Part shown: piece after piece, positions 1 through 11,373 of the stretch
Layout: each line of letters opens with the position of its first letter
Numbering within the stretch: the stretch's first letter is position 1
From: Ramazzottius varieornatus
Taxonomy: Eukaryota > Animalia > Tardigrada
Reading direction: 5' to 3'
Assembly (NCBI GenBank): GCA_001949185.1
Contig: BDGG01000001.1
Span: 859,153-923,152, forward strand
DNA: 64,000 nucleotides
Translations under genes and position numbers: made by a program
Notes under the pieces: model-generated
What the model saw: only the letters and a program-made list of their open reading frames with translations
What the model was told of the DNA's origin: nothing
The model's database searches: none

Positions 1-722
1 TTTCTTTCCGCTTCTTCTTGTCACGATCTGTCTTCATTGCCACGAAGACGCTCGACCTGGTTTTGTCGTCCGATTCTCTGTACTTGGCCAGTACCTTGGC
101 CGTCGTGTCCAAGCTGACTCGCTTATACACCGAGTCTGCATTCGTGTAGGTCGTGAACAGCGTTGCCCAGTCATCATATAGGAACAAGTCCAGCAACTGT
201 TTTAGTGGCGCAAAAGCATCGTTGGCTGTATCCGTCGAGAAGACCGTGAACTTTTGCAGACATTGCTCGATCAAGGCTAGATCGACTCTCAACTGAAGCA
301 AGCCTTCTGTACTGACCACTTTCACTTCTTGTGAGCCGAGATGCCTTTCGACCGAAGCGACCACGGTACTGTTCGCTAAAGCCAAAGCTCGCTGACCGAC
401 ATCAAGCGGCAATGTGGCAATCATCGGCATGAAACTTTCCATTGCGTCGACAATCTTCTTACTTTCAGCCGAACCGAGAGTTTGCTTTGCTGCCACTGGT
501 GCAATGTCTAAACGGATGGTTTTGACCGTCTGCTCGATGAAAAAAGTAAACTTGCTGAAAAGCTCGCTCTCCACTTCGCCACGCATGACGTCGAACGCGT
601 GCTCGCAGTTCAGGCAAAGCTCATAGGAACTGATGGCGCCTCGAAGACACACCGCCTTGTGCTTCTTCCAGGTAGGTGAAGCTGTGGTGGAGCTGGGCGA
701 ACTGTGTATCCGTCAGCTTACC
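1..722 (-). CDS. EXOC6: Divergent exocyst Sec15/EXOC6-like C-terminal exon (runs off window; apparent frameshift near 660)
   Basis: The minus frame reads AFDVMRGEVESELFSKF...LLQLRVDLALIEQC...AFAPLKQLLDLFLYDDWATLFTTY...YKRVSLDTTAKVLAKY...DRDKKK, resembling the Sec15 C-terminus (LRQLLDLFMxWDWSTYLADY..KYLRV..DRDKQK). The upstream segment QFAQLHHSFTYLEEA lies in a different frame. Confidence 0.65.
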
Positions 723-787
723 TAGAAAAAAGGTTTTCCTTGTTGGAGTATTCGATAAGAATGAGATCACTGTCAAATTAATTCTTC

Positions 788-857
788 CGGATCGTTATCC
801 CAAGCGGCGCACGCTTCCAGCCATCAAGAACGTGCGCCACTTGGGGGCCACGATCCG
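788..857. repeat. Dispersed palindromic mini-repeat, copy 1
   Basis: CGGATCGT..CCCAAGCGGCGCACG / CGTGCGCCACTTGGG..ACGATCCG; related copies at 30879-30966 and 41127-41190. Confidence 0.7.
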
Positions 858-1163
858 CGACAAAACTTTCGCTGAGCTCCCTGCAGCGAGGATTTTCGCT
901 CGAATTCGAAGAACAAAGCATCTTGCAGTATTCGTAAGACCCAGTTTCAATTTGGACAAAGTTTTCCCGTGTAGTCATTTCGTCGATACAACCCCACATA
1001 TGTCCACTAAGCTTTATCCCGCTACCAGGAAGAACCCAATACAGTTTGACACTGCAGAAATACGGTCGATCTGTGGTATTTCCGCCCTAACGGCGGAAAT
1101 CTATAACATTGATAATTTCTGCCGTCGCCGATGTTAAACGGACTGCCAATGCTGCACAGGTCG

Positions 1164-1330
1164 ACGGTAGAAACGTGGTGGAGAAGTGCAGCGGTAATTC
1201 GTCCATAGCGAAAACTCACCACCGAAAAGGGTTATAGAAACACGGCAGAAACGTGGTGGGGAAACGCAGTGGTATTTCATCCACAGCGAAAATTCACTAC
1301 CGAAAAGAACCCCAGAAATACGGCGGAAAC
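1164..1330. repeat. Degenerate 78-bp tandem repeat (about 2.1 units)
   Basis: ACGGYAGAAACGTGGTGG...CGAAAAYTCACYACCGAAAAG occurs at 1164 and 1242, and a third unit starts near 1320. Confidence 0.75.
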
Positions 1331-1400
1331 ACCGTGTGCAAATTTACGATTCTGCTGGGAATATCGAATGAGCTGGTTGGTACGTAATTACTGGTACCGG

Positions 1401-1864
1401 TAGAGCAGGGAACCGCTCAACTTTTCCTTGGCGGAAACCAGGATTTCACAAAATTTTCTTGTCCACGCTGGACTGTGCGCAATAATTTTTGGTAATCTCA
1501 AGGCGAAAGCGGGCGGTAAACCTTTAATGCCGACGCGAAAGCGGAAGTGAGCGGTATACATTGCCGAAATCGCGTTCATAACGTTCAACTCATGGATGTT
1601 ACAGTACAAACAAACCCAACTGTACATACGACAACAGTTTCCTGTGGTTGCCCGTCACATAGATTGTTCGCAATGTGACGCAACAAGGTTTACTTTCAAA
1701 CATTTATCGTAATTATAATCGACGCGGGGCGGGCGGAAAATAGTCACATCAAATACTAAGCGAGTCCAAGCGGTAACAATTTCAGCAGATTCCAGGGCGG
1801 AAGCGGGCGGTAACCACCGTCCGCTTCCGCGTGGACCCGCCGCGCGATCCAATTCCCTACTCTA
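1401..1864. mobile_element. Non-autonomous hAT-type MITE (464 bp)
   Basis: 12-bp TIR TAGAGCAGGGAA / TTCCCTACTCTA with 1 mismatch; perfect 8-bp TSD GGTACCGG at 1393-1400 and 1865-1872; internal GCGGAA/GCGGTAA repeats. Confidence 0.9.
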
Positions 1865-1929
1865 GGTACCGGAAAGTTCTGAATCTGTTAAGAACTAATT
1901 AAAATCAAAATGTTTCAATAAGTAAAAAA

Positions 1930-2532
1930 TCAGATCAGAAATAGGCAAGAGTACCAGGAGCAGCAAAATTCAACGGGAATGAATTTTAAACGGAAGGCAG
2001 TGGAGCAATCTTTTTGTTTTTCTTGCGGAATCCAGAGCAGTGAGTACCGATCCTCTTGTTGATTTCCGCACTCTTTGGTTGGGTCAACTTCTTCCCGTCA
2101 CAGAACATATCGACCATATCTGAAAACAAGTATCAATAATGAGGTAAAAAATTAATAATGGTAAGGTGGAGTGTTTTTTGGATAAAACTCATCGAATATT
2201 TCAAGGAGTCGGATTACCGTGAATAATCTTGACTTTCTTTTGGTCCAATGGTTCTCTATTCTCCGGAGATCTTTTCTTGTCTTTGGTACAAGAATCTCGC
2301 AGCTCGTCTTCGTCAAACAGCAGCTTCATACCTTTGATGAGTGCTTTAGTCCAATCTTTCTTGCTTCTCATAAAGTTCTGTAAAGTGAAGAAATATGCTT
2401 TAAGTGTCCAAAAAATATTACAGCATGTCAAATAAATCTTCCAGGTTATATGACTACCTTCAATTGCGATGCCTGAACGGTCGAGGAGACAGTCGGATCA
2501 TACTTGAATCTTTCTTCATCGACCTGCGTACT
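1930..2532 (-). CDS. BEN-domain protein, 3' exons (5' end unresolved)
   Basis: GT-AG exons 2532-2458, 2377-2218 and 2119-1930 join in frame: KALIKGMKLLFDEDELRDSCTKDKKRSPENREPLDQKKVKIIHDMVDMF...EINKRIGTHCSGFRKK, matching the BEN pattern LF..EEL...PLD..K...I....I...C...R. Confidence 0.6.
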
Positions 2533-3029
2533 CTGAAAAATAAAAAATCACATTACAACGTAGATACTCGATAATAATTTATAAACCACATTCACACACA
2601 ACAAACATTTATACCTGTTTTCCTGATCGATTTCAAAATACAATCTCTCTGTAGCAAGATCGTACTGGGAATTAGCCTGTGTAAAAGGCATCTTTACTCC
2701 TTTTCACGGAAAAAGAAATGAAACTGTTGTCCAGATCGCATCCTTCCGTCCAGATATCAAAAGAGTCATCTGGACAGGGTAACGCACTACCCAATGACCA
2801 ATCTGGCCTGAATCTGTGCTACACTTATGGTTTGCCACTCTTAACGGTTTATATTTCAATGTAATGCAGTCCCGTTCAGTTTTACAATCATTATCATTTC
2901 CACTTGTGGTCCAATCAGTCATTCCTCACCGTAACAGGAAATTTGATTTAAGTTTTTTATCAGGCGAAAGAATAGCATCCGTATTTCGACCGTGTACACT
3001 TCCACCCTGAAATCTTTCTTCCCAGATTC

Positions 3030-4625
3030 TCCACTACAGAAACCGGGCTGAAGTTGCACAGTCGCACTTCCACCACACTTTGTCAATAGCTTCAGAACTT
3101 CTTCCGCGTTTCTGTAGCCCTAAGGGCATCTCTGTAGTGTTTCTGTACCACAGAAACGCTTCCCTTGAAGTGTGAACATGCATTGGGAAGGCCGATGTCG
3201 TACCTGTCCCGAAGAAACGTGGCGCCACCTGAGGACAAATTTTACTTTTGCCACCTTTGTCTTAAATTTCTGAGAAAGTTGTGGCTGCGAATAACTTGAG
3301 CTTTTTGGAGAAGAACCGTTCGTTGACCACAAAGCAGTTTGATTTCAGGGCAGATAGGTCGACAGAAGCGCAGCTTCACAAGGTTCGTCAGTGGTCTCAA
3401 GCGTTGTCCGAGAAAAAAGAGGTCGAAGCGGTCTTCCTCCACTGCACCGAAGCATTCGATCGACTCCCCCACGAAGTGCTAGTCCGACGCCTACAAGACC
3501 ACGACATCACCAGCGACCTGCTGCAGCTGCTTTCCGACTACCTCCGAGGAAGAACCCAACGAGTAACCGTCGGAGGCTACTACAGTGATCACTGTCCGCG
3601 GTCAGGTGTCACTTAAGTTTCCGTTCTCGACCTCCTGTTTGTCATAGTAGTAGTGAACAAGCTCTTCGACTCGGTCATGTGTGAGCTTTTCTAGTGTGCT
3701 GACGAATTGGTAACATACCATGGGGTTGGGAATCAGGAAGACTGTCAAGCCTTTGAAGAATAGCTGGACCAGCTAGGAGAGAACTGTGCAGTAGCCGGGG
3801 CTGAGCCTGAACCCAAGCAAGTCGCAGCACATCCGCCTGTCTTTCAGAAGATCCGGAAGTGTGCCAGTCCCTCATGGCAGCTGCTCCATTGGCGGCCAGA
3901 AGATTCCGACAGAGGGTCAGCCAGTGCGTTTGGGCGTTGTTCTCGACAGAAAGCTTAACTGGATCGCGCAGGTTGATGCAGTGACGGTAAAGTGCCGGAA
4001 ACACCTTCACGTCATCCGCTCGTACTTCCCGGCGCAGTTTGCTGCTGCCAAGCAGATGCTATAAAAGAGCATAGTTCGTCCCGTTGCTGCATATCCCTGG
4101 TCGGTGTGGAGCCCTGCGAGCCACAAGCACCTGGTGCAAGTCCAGAAAGACTTCCTTAAGGGTATCCGCTTGAGCAAACTCCCGAAAAGCCAACATGACA
4201 CCAACTTCAGTCAGTATCGTCATCGTCTGCTGGAAGTTCAATGGGAGTACCTCTGGAAGAAGAGAGCAAAGGCGGTGATGGTGAATTTTTCCAATATCTG
4301 GACGAACGGTTTTCTCGAAGGCCAACTTCTGCTAACCGCTGCCACCACGTCACGGCATCCTCCGGTCCGGGTGACAAGGCGTCAGGATGCTACGAAAGCT
4401 TCGCAAGACAGAGTTCGGGTCGTGCCAACATCAAGAATCAAAGATCTAGACCTTTTGAAAGTAGCTTTTAATAGTTTTGCCCACGCTGCCTGTGAACTAG
4501 TCCACGATAAACACTTCTGCCCATCGTCCGCGAGCTGCGAAAGTCTGCCCGCATTCAAATCTTTCTCGACCATCTTGATTTGCGGAACTTCTGTTGGTGT
4601 GCGAAGAGCATCGATTATTGTTTGA
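3030..4625 (+). mobile_element. Decayed non-LTR retrotransposon reverse transcriptase (CR1/L2/Jockey-like)
   Basis: QFDFR..RST, VFLHCTEAFDRLPH, LSDYLRGRTQRV, SGVT*VSVL, LGVVLDRKLNW and WSP are degenerate LINE RT motifs, interrupted by stops and frameshifts. Confidence 0.9.
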
Positions 4626-5924
4626 AGTAGTTGTTGTGTCCCATCTGATCCTATCCTACTTTTCTACACTAATATAACCCAAAAGAAACTTCTGAACAGT
4701 TTGTGAACCGTCCGAGAAGAAAACTTTGAACAAAAATCCCAGCAACATATCCCCGACACGCTTGGATGGGACCAGTTTATGTTTCTTCAAACGAATATCA
4801 AACGTGCTTACCGGTATAGCAATTTAAATTTCTCTGCGTTAATTAATACTCGTTTATAACATTAGCAACGAGACTTAGTAAACCGTCCAAAGTCAGGCGA
4901 ATGTCAAGAATTAGCAGCCATATGAATTCGTGAACAGAGCTTGTCCGACGTAGGCCGCGCCCAAGTTTTTTCGACGTCTCCCTTAACAAAAAACTTCATT
5001 TGATTAACAGTCTTGATTGAGCGCGTCGGTGAATCATTACGATCGGTGCATCGATCTGAACGATCTCTTGCTGACGTCGAAAAACCTTGGGCGCGGCCTA
5101 GCTCGGCCAGGCTCTGTTTGTGAAAGATTACCTATGCAAGTTTATGAAATCGCTGGTATTTCGTGTTCGTGCGCTTTCTTCTGGATAAATCAAAACGACG
5201 GGTATGCCCGAGGAACGAGAGTCTGTCTGTCACCTGGCAAGGCCTTCGTGCTTCAGTATCTGGCTTTTCGAGAAGGTCAACCCTGCGTAAAAGAGGGAAG
5301 AAGGGTGGTGCGCAGGTACTGGTTTCTCATCGTTTTTGACTGGAATGTACTGTGGTCCCGTCTTCTATGGGAGAGCTGTAGATTGCAGCAATGACAAAGT
5401 CTTGTTGAGGAGAGTTTACGAATAATATCCGGTCGAAACGCGTCTACGGAATTGGCACGAAAGAGCGGCTCTCGGGTGCTTTACGTACAGGTGATGGATT
5501 AATCACGGCACTACACGAAACTTGCAACCCCCAAGGAACAGAGCGAGCTGCAGGCGAGCATTTTTCTCGCAATTTATACGCGAGCATTGCAGTCTTATGG
5601 ACACAAACTGCGACTGATATTTGCACGAGCAGGGATGCATTTTCTACGCTGTAGCTACAACGCTCAGCTCAACGGATGTAGCAGCTGTAGCTACAACAAT
5701 TTTTGTTGGGGAATGAGCGAGGCAAGTAGATAGTAATTTATACACGTCAGATTATTACGTCATTTCATGCATAATTTTGCGATCAGCTGACTGCTCTTGC
5801 GAAGCGAACTTTAGGCATCCAAGGACTGATTGTGTCTGCTTGATTGAATTCAATGACAACACAGCCTTGGCACTGTGGGCGCACTCTGCGTCGTTGTGGA
5901 AAGCGCTTCCGTGAAGGACGAAGA

Positions 5925-8900
5925 TTACCGACGAGAATACAGTACGACACTGCAGGTCGCGATTCTACTGTCTGTTTCGGCGTGCTGCAAATGTTCTGCT
6001 GGTAAGACCCACCACTGGTCGAGCCACCTTCTGCAACACCAGATGTAAAAGAGTTGCTGTCGGTAGGAGAGAAGATTGATTACCAAAGGCAACTCACAAG
6101 CGACGTAGAACGGCAGAGACGCAACGGCCCGAAAGCAGGATGACAATTCCCACCAAGGAACCAGCAATGGTAGTGCTTAACAAAGAGCCTACAAACACAT
6201 TGAATTCGGAATCAGTCCGCGTTCGAAAAAAGTCAAACAAGGTGAGGCCGAACTTTTGAGTTGGCATATGGGATCCTGGCCGTCGTAGCCACAGACAGGT
6301 CGATCACGAGGTGGCCAGTTTGGAGTAACCCACACGACAGGGAGGACCTGCGTTGTGTTGCCGTTGATAGTCGACATTCTTACGACTGTCTAAACGCGCC
6401 GCATTATAGAACATACCGTATAGTACCAATCTCCGCGCCAGGTAAATAATTTGCGACAACAGAGAGCCACTTACTGTCAAGTTATCTCCGTCATATTGCT
6501 CGGCAATACAGCTTTCACCAATCCCCGAGCCATTTTCGTCAAAGGTAAACCTTCCCAGGCGAGTTTGAAATGTACGGCCGTAAAACTTGCGAGCAAGGCC
6601 TCGGCCATCTTTGAGTAGCTCTGTTTGGTTCGCCTCTACAAACTCGGTGACGACCTGCAAAAATGTGTCGATTCAGGCGAGAAGAAAAGGGGGTACTTCG
6701 AGGTATAATTCTTCATAAACCTATCATGGAAAGCTGCACAAGATACCTGTGCCACCATCATGACCATCATGTATGCACTCGTCAGCTGGTAGTTCTAGAA
6801 AGATAGATTGTTCAATTATATATCAGAGCAAGGCGTTCAAGGTGAAAAGAAGTCTTGGTCAAACAGTTTGGTGTACCGGTTCAGATATGGAGTAAGATAG
6901 ATTGAATTCAGCGGCGGACCGGGCTCGCCACCCATCCAACAAGACATACTTATCCGAACCAGGTACTAGCGCTTCCTCAGGTTCTCCCTCGATCATGAGT
7001 AAAGTTCGATAAGCCGCTTTGACAATCTACAAATACTTCAAGTCATTTTTCGTTCCTTCTATCAATGGCTCATATTTCGGAGATTGAGCAAATCAGAACT
7101 TTCTGACCTTGTCGTCTGCGTCCTCGTATCGCCAATGGTAATTGCCCATCACTGGATGCCGTAAAAGTCGGAAGCAGATATGTACCTGTCGAATGTATAT
7201 CGTTCTCCATAGGTTTCTTTCAAAATAGTGTGACGTATCCGACATATCTCTCCTTCGATTGAAACTCACGTGCTCTCCTTCCGTCATGTTTAGTGTTGTT
7301 GCCGCTATCTGTACACAAATGTCCCTATTTTTTATTTTTGCAACATGGTGGAACAGTATGCTGATGTGAGAACCAAAAAGCGGTACCATGAGTTTTCGTA
7401 GTGCCTGTCCGAATACGATGTACAAAATGACTGCAAAGTAAACTCACTAGCCAAGTACTGTACACCGACGACGAGAAATAATGGTCAGTAAAAATTATGG
7501 ACCAGGCCGCTTCGCTTCGGCGGTTCGGAAGAACGTACGTACGCCACTGATATACAGTATAAACTTTTCGCCTCTTTTCTACGGTTGGACTTCCATTTTG
7601 CCGTCTTTTCCGCCTACCTTATAATTTATACTAGCCCATAATTTCTCATCGTGCGTGTACATGGTTCGCTTTGACATAATATCCCCTACTGCGCAGACTA
7701 TAGTGGAGCCGTGCAATGCCTTACCACGAGCTTGGCGGTTGGCTTCCCGCATCACCTGGCGAAAGTCTGTTTCGGGGCTATAGCCATCCAGCTGGATGAC
7801 GCTGATGTTGCTGTGAAGCATGAAGCCAGCCATTTGACTGACGGCTTGAGCGACACCCAACATGGCCGGATTGCGGTAGGCTTCGGCGATGAAGACCACT
7901 GTTGACCAGTTGTAGTGACGCATCAAGCCGCTGAAGGCTTTGGCAAACCCCATCAACCCCGCTTTCCCGCCGGTAGTGGCTTCGACTCGTGTAGGCCATA
8001 GTTCTCGGTTTTCAAAACCGGTGGCCGGTAGATTGCTGCAGACACAAAAGACGCGCAGTGGAAAGTTTTCTGCCACGTGAGAAATTGTAAGGTAGTTTTT
8101 CAGCTACCTGATGGACAATTTCCCAAGTGCTGCTGCTAGCTTCGTGGCTGCATGCCCATCGCAGTCTATAAAAATAAAAATGAGAAACATTTAGTAAAGG
8201 TTCGAGTAAGTGTCTTGGATCTGGCACTCTGCGAGCCACGCTGTCAGCGCGGTGCATGCACTCTAAGATTTGAAGAGACAAGGTCGAACAAAGTGCCTCT
8301 TGTTCCCTTTCAGAAGAAAAGTTTCGTTTTATGCAGCCCACCGGCAATTACGTTGAGGAATATGGTAGCATCTGCCACCTTCAGACTGTTCAGGTGCCTA
8401 AAGTAGTTTTTTTGCGATAACGTCATCGCTAGGGTCCATCATATCACTGCAGGTTGGATAGGCAGGGTCTCCCACAAATCTCTGAGTAAAATGGACGCGC
8501 GGATATAATTTGGCGCTATCCTTCAGAGCAGTGTCATACACCGGTATGATGTAAGAAGTACCACCTGGTTCACCGGTGTATTATAGCACCAAAGTAATAA
8601 CCTCGATACGGATGTGACCTTGGGAATAATTGGCCGGATAAGGTGATTCCAAGACGTAGAGCATGGTCAGACAAGAACTTGCCCTAGTCGCAGACAGTTA
8701 TCACCCCACGATACCGAACCAGCTTCTGGTCGAGTACCGGTAAGCATCCTCTCGCACCACATGCGACGGCGCATGTATCAATGGAGTGACCTTGTTATAA
8801 TCCACCCCCTACTGCCTTTTTCATGTTGTTATCAGGAAAAGAAACCGCTGGATGTTCGACGAGTATGCGCAGCTGAATGCCTGTCATGGCGCGGAAAAAA

Positions 8901-9449
8901 AGTCCAAAGTTCTGCTGGACTTTCTGTTACCCTGACACGTTTCAATCTTTCTGCCCTCTGTTATTGCGCACCCTGGCAGGAGTACCAAGGAAAGTACTGT
9001 TTGCATGTCGGAATTTATCCTTGTTTTTTCCATGCTGAATGGCTTAAACGGGACGTAACGCGGAAGTCTTTCCGCCACGAAAATATATGATGGAAAACAT
9101 TCGGTTGGCACTTACCAGCAATGATCGTAAGAAAGACCACAGTAGTCGCCCGTTTCCACCTGTCCTCGTTCGGGAAATAGAACGTTGCGAGGACGTCGTC
9201 GCTGACATCCATCAGGTCATCACAACGCTGATATTTCAAATCTCCCACTAGTGTCTGAGTAAGATGGACTTGCTGATGGAAAGCACGACTGTCCGCCAGT
9301 GCGGTATCAAAGACCGGTATAGTGTAAGATGCGGTACCCGCTTCTTCCGCGTGGAAGAGTAGCAAGGTGATGATCTCGACGTGGACGCGACTCCCGTCAT
9401 TAGGGAGGAAAGAATGATTGGGAGAATGCAGTGCTAAAACTTGCAACAT
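5925..9449 (-). pseudogene. ANF-receptor/natriuretic-peptide-receptor-like ectodomain + TM + short tail; probably disabled
   Basis: Exons encode LMRHYNWSTVVFI, GRGLARKFYGRTF..GRFTFDENG, WPPRDRPVCGYDG, a TM segment (TTIAGSLVGIVILL) and DQWWVL..EHL. No kinase or cyclase domain follows. Splice-phase conflicts occur at exon 2/3 and in the tail. Confidence 0.7.
8342..8664 (-). pseudogene. Dead tandem copy of the ANF-receptor-like first exon
   Basis: Paralogous to the exon at about 9115-9449 (IEVITL..SYIIPVYDTAL..VGD..C.DMMD.SDDV..FL.VIAG); in-frame TAA at 8581-8583 and a +1 frameshift in the A7 run at 8407-8413. Confidence 0.85.
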
Positions 9450-11373
9450 TTCAGCGTGTACGTCGGGTATCAGATCTGACTTCTTCGGAGACTGTTTGAT
9501 CAGAGACTGGTCTGAGAGATATCGGGCTGGAGGATATGACAGTCCAGGTTTCTTGAGGTTGAGGTCATCTGCGCTCAAGCACCAATTGCAGCCTAGCTGA
9601 GGGTGCAAGTGACTGCCACTTGAACAAAGCGCCATGAAAAAATTGATTCTCAAGTCTTCCTTGTCCACTTCTTCTTACTTTTCATACTGCTTAACTCATC
9701 TGCCGCTCCTAAGACTATTGGTAGTTAGGAAGAACCGAGCACGGAAATAACTGGTCATATGGACGCTTACATATCGGCAAGCTCCCGTGTGAGCATCGTA
9801 CCGTACAAAACAGATCAAATGGAGGGAGAGTGGGCGGGCAGATCGCGAGGATGATGAACTTAAATCAGAAAGGCAAAGTTGCCGGCGGACAAGGTTGTAT
9901 GAGCTAACATGGGCAGATCAGAACGTATAATATCGGAGGGTACTAGGAGATAAGACTACGTACAGTACATAGTCCAGGAAGTCACTCCAACGTTAACAAT
10001 GTTTCTCATGGGACCAGCAAGGTCACGACAGCTTCAATGGTTGTCGCGAACCATCCAGAAGATATCCGGCTGTGCCACTTCTCTACTCTACAACGGCGGT
10101 ACACTACCACCTGTCCGTTGGCCAACTCCAGATGTTATTTCGGGAATTTTGTTTTCAAAATGAGTAACTCTAAACGATGTGTGTTTGTCGTCCACCTGAT
10201 ATTTTTATACTACTATCAGGTCTTTCAGTATGAAATTGCCGTTTTACGAACTCCCATTTCAAAAATTTCTGTCTTTGCTCAGAAGCAATTGTGTGATTTG
10301 CTATTCTTGCCGAACAGTGAGGCCGGTGTGTTCTTTCGTTTGAGCATGAGGAAGCTTCTCTTTAAAATTCTGGAGCCCTTCAAGTCTGAGGCAAAATGGA
10401 ACATTGTTATATCCTCGTTGAAAGAATTGTTTTGTCAGCCCCAGCATTTCCAAAATCCACACCCTATGTCAAAACGTACTACGGTATGGTTGCTATCGAT
10501 CTCTGGTTTCAGTTTTGACAGAACAAGTCTTGCTCGGAAAACTTACAGAGCGGAAAAAGTGCTGTAAAAACTCAACTTTGTCAACAGAAATGTTTCCCTG
10601 TCCAGGCCCGGGCAGAGCAGATTTACTCAGACTCTACATAATTGTTGACTGTGGACACTTTGGCGCGTCCACCGAAAGTACCGTTAACTACAGTATATCC
10701 ATGCAGAATATGGCCGAAGAGAACGGAACCTTCCTACCTCACTGAAGTGGCGCACGTTGTTGTCGGCAAAAAAACACCCTATTTATCGCAATTTCTTTTT
10801 TTACGAAATCCCAAAGGCCTTTCTCCTAGTTTCCTTTTCTGCCACTGGATGCTGAAAGCCTCTGCCACAAAACTTGCCTGCCGCCAGTGCGGTAAAGTAG
10901 CTGGCAGGGTAAGAAAACATTCGTAAAAAGGACCTGGTCTGAAATGTGACATCATCATTCTGAAATTTTTCTCTACGTCCGCCCTTCGACGCTGTGACCT
11001 AGAATTTGGTGGTAAAAGACGAGGAGGCTTTGTTGTTGAATTTAGACATCAGCTGAATTTCGAAAGTCGTATTACGACGCAGAAACGAAGTTTCGACGTG
11101 CGATCCGAAAAAACGGCAATTTCATACTGGAAAGACCTAATACCAGCTGCGCCCTTCTGACCAGTACCATAGTCGACCTCCGTGAACGGAAGAACTTGTA
11201 CGTTCTACAGTACATCAACTCGGCCATCTCGAAACATCATCCAGATGGCTTCATATATTTATTGTTGGTGCTTTGTATAATAAAATGAAATATTCTCCAT
11301 CTGAATGCAGTATATGATATTAGCAGATCATCGAGTGCGCATGACATTAAGGTTGATGGACAAGACACTGAGT

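Noticed and set aside
1164-1330. CRISPR-like or coding repeat
   Set aside because: Plain tandem units with no unique spacers, no cas genes, a eukaryotic context and a stop in the periodic frame.
10037-10567. 176-aa ORF
   Set aside because: No recognisable motifs; composition looks like AT-rich repeat or intergenic DNA.
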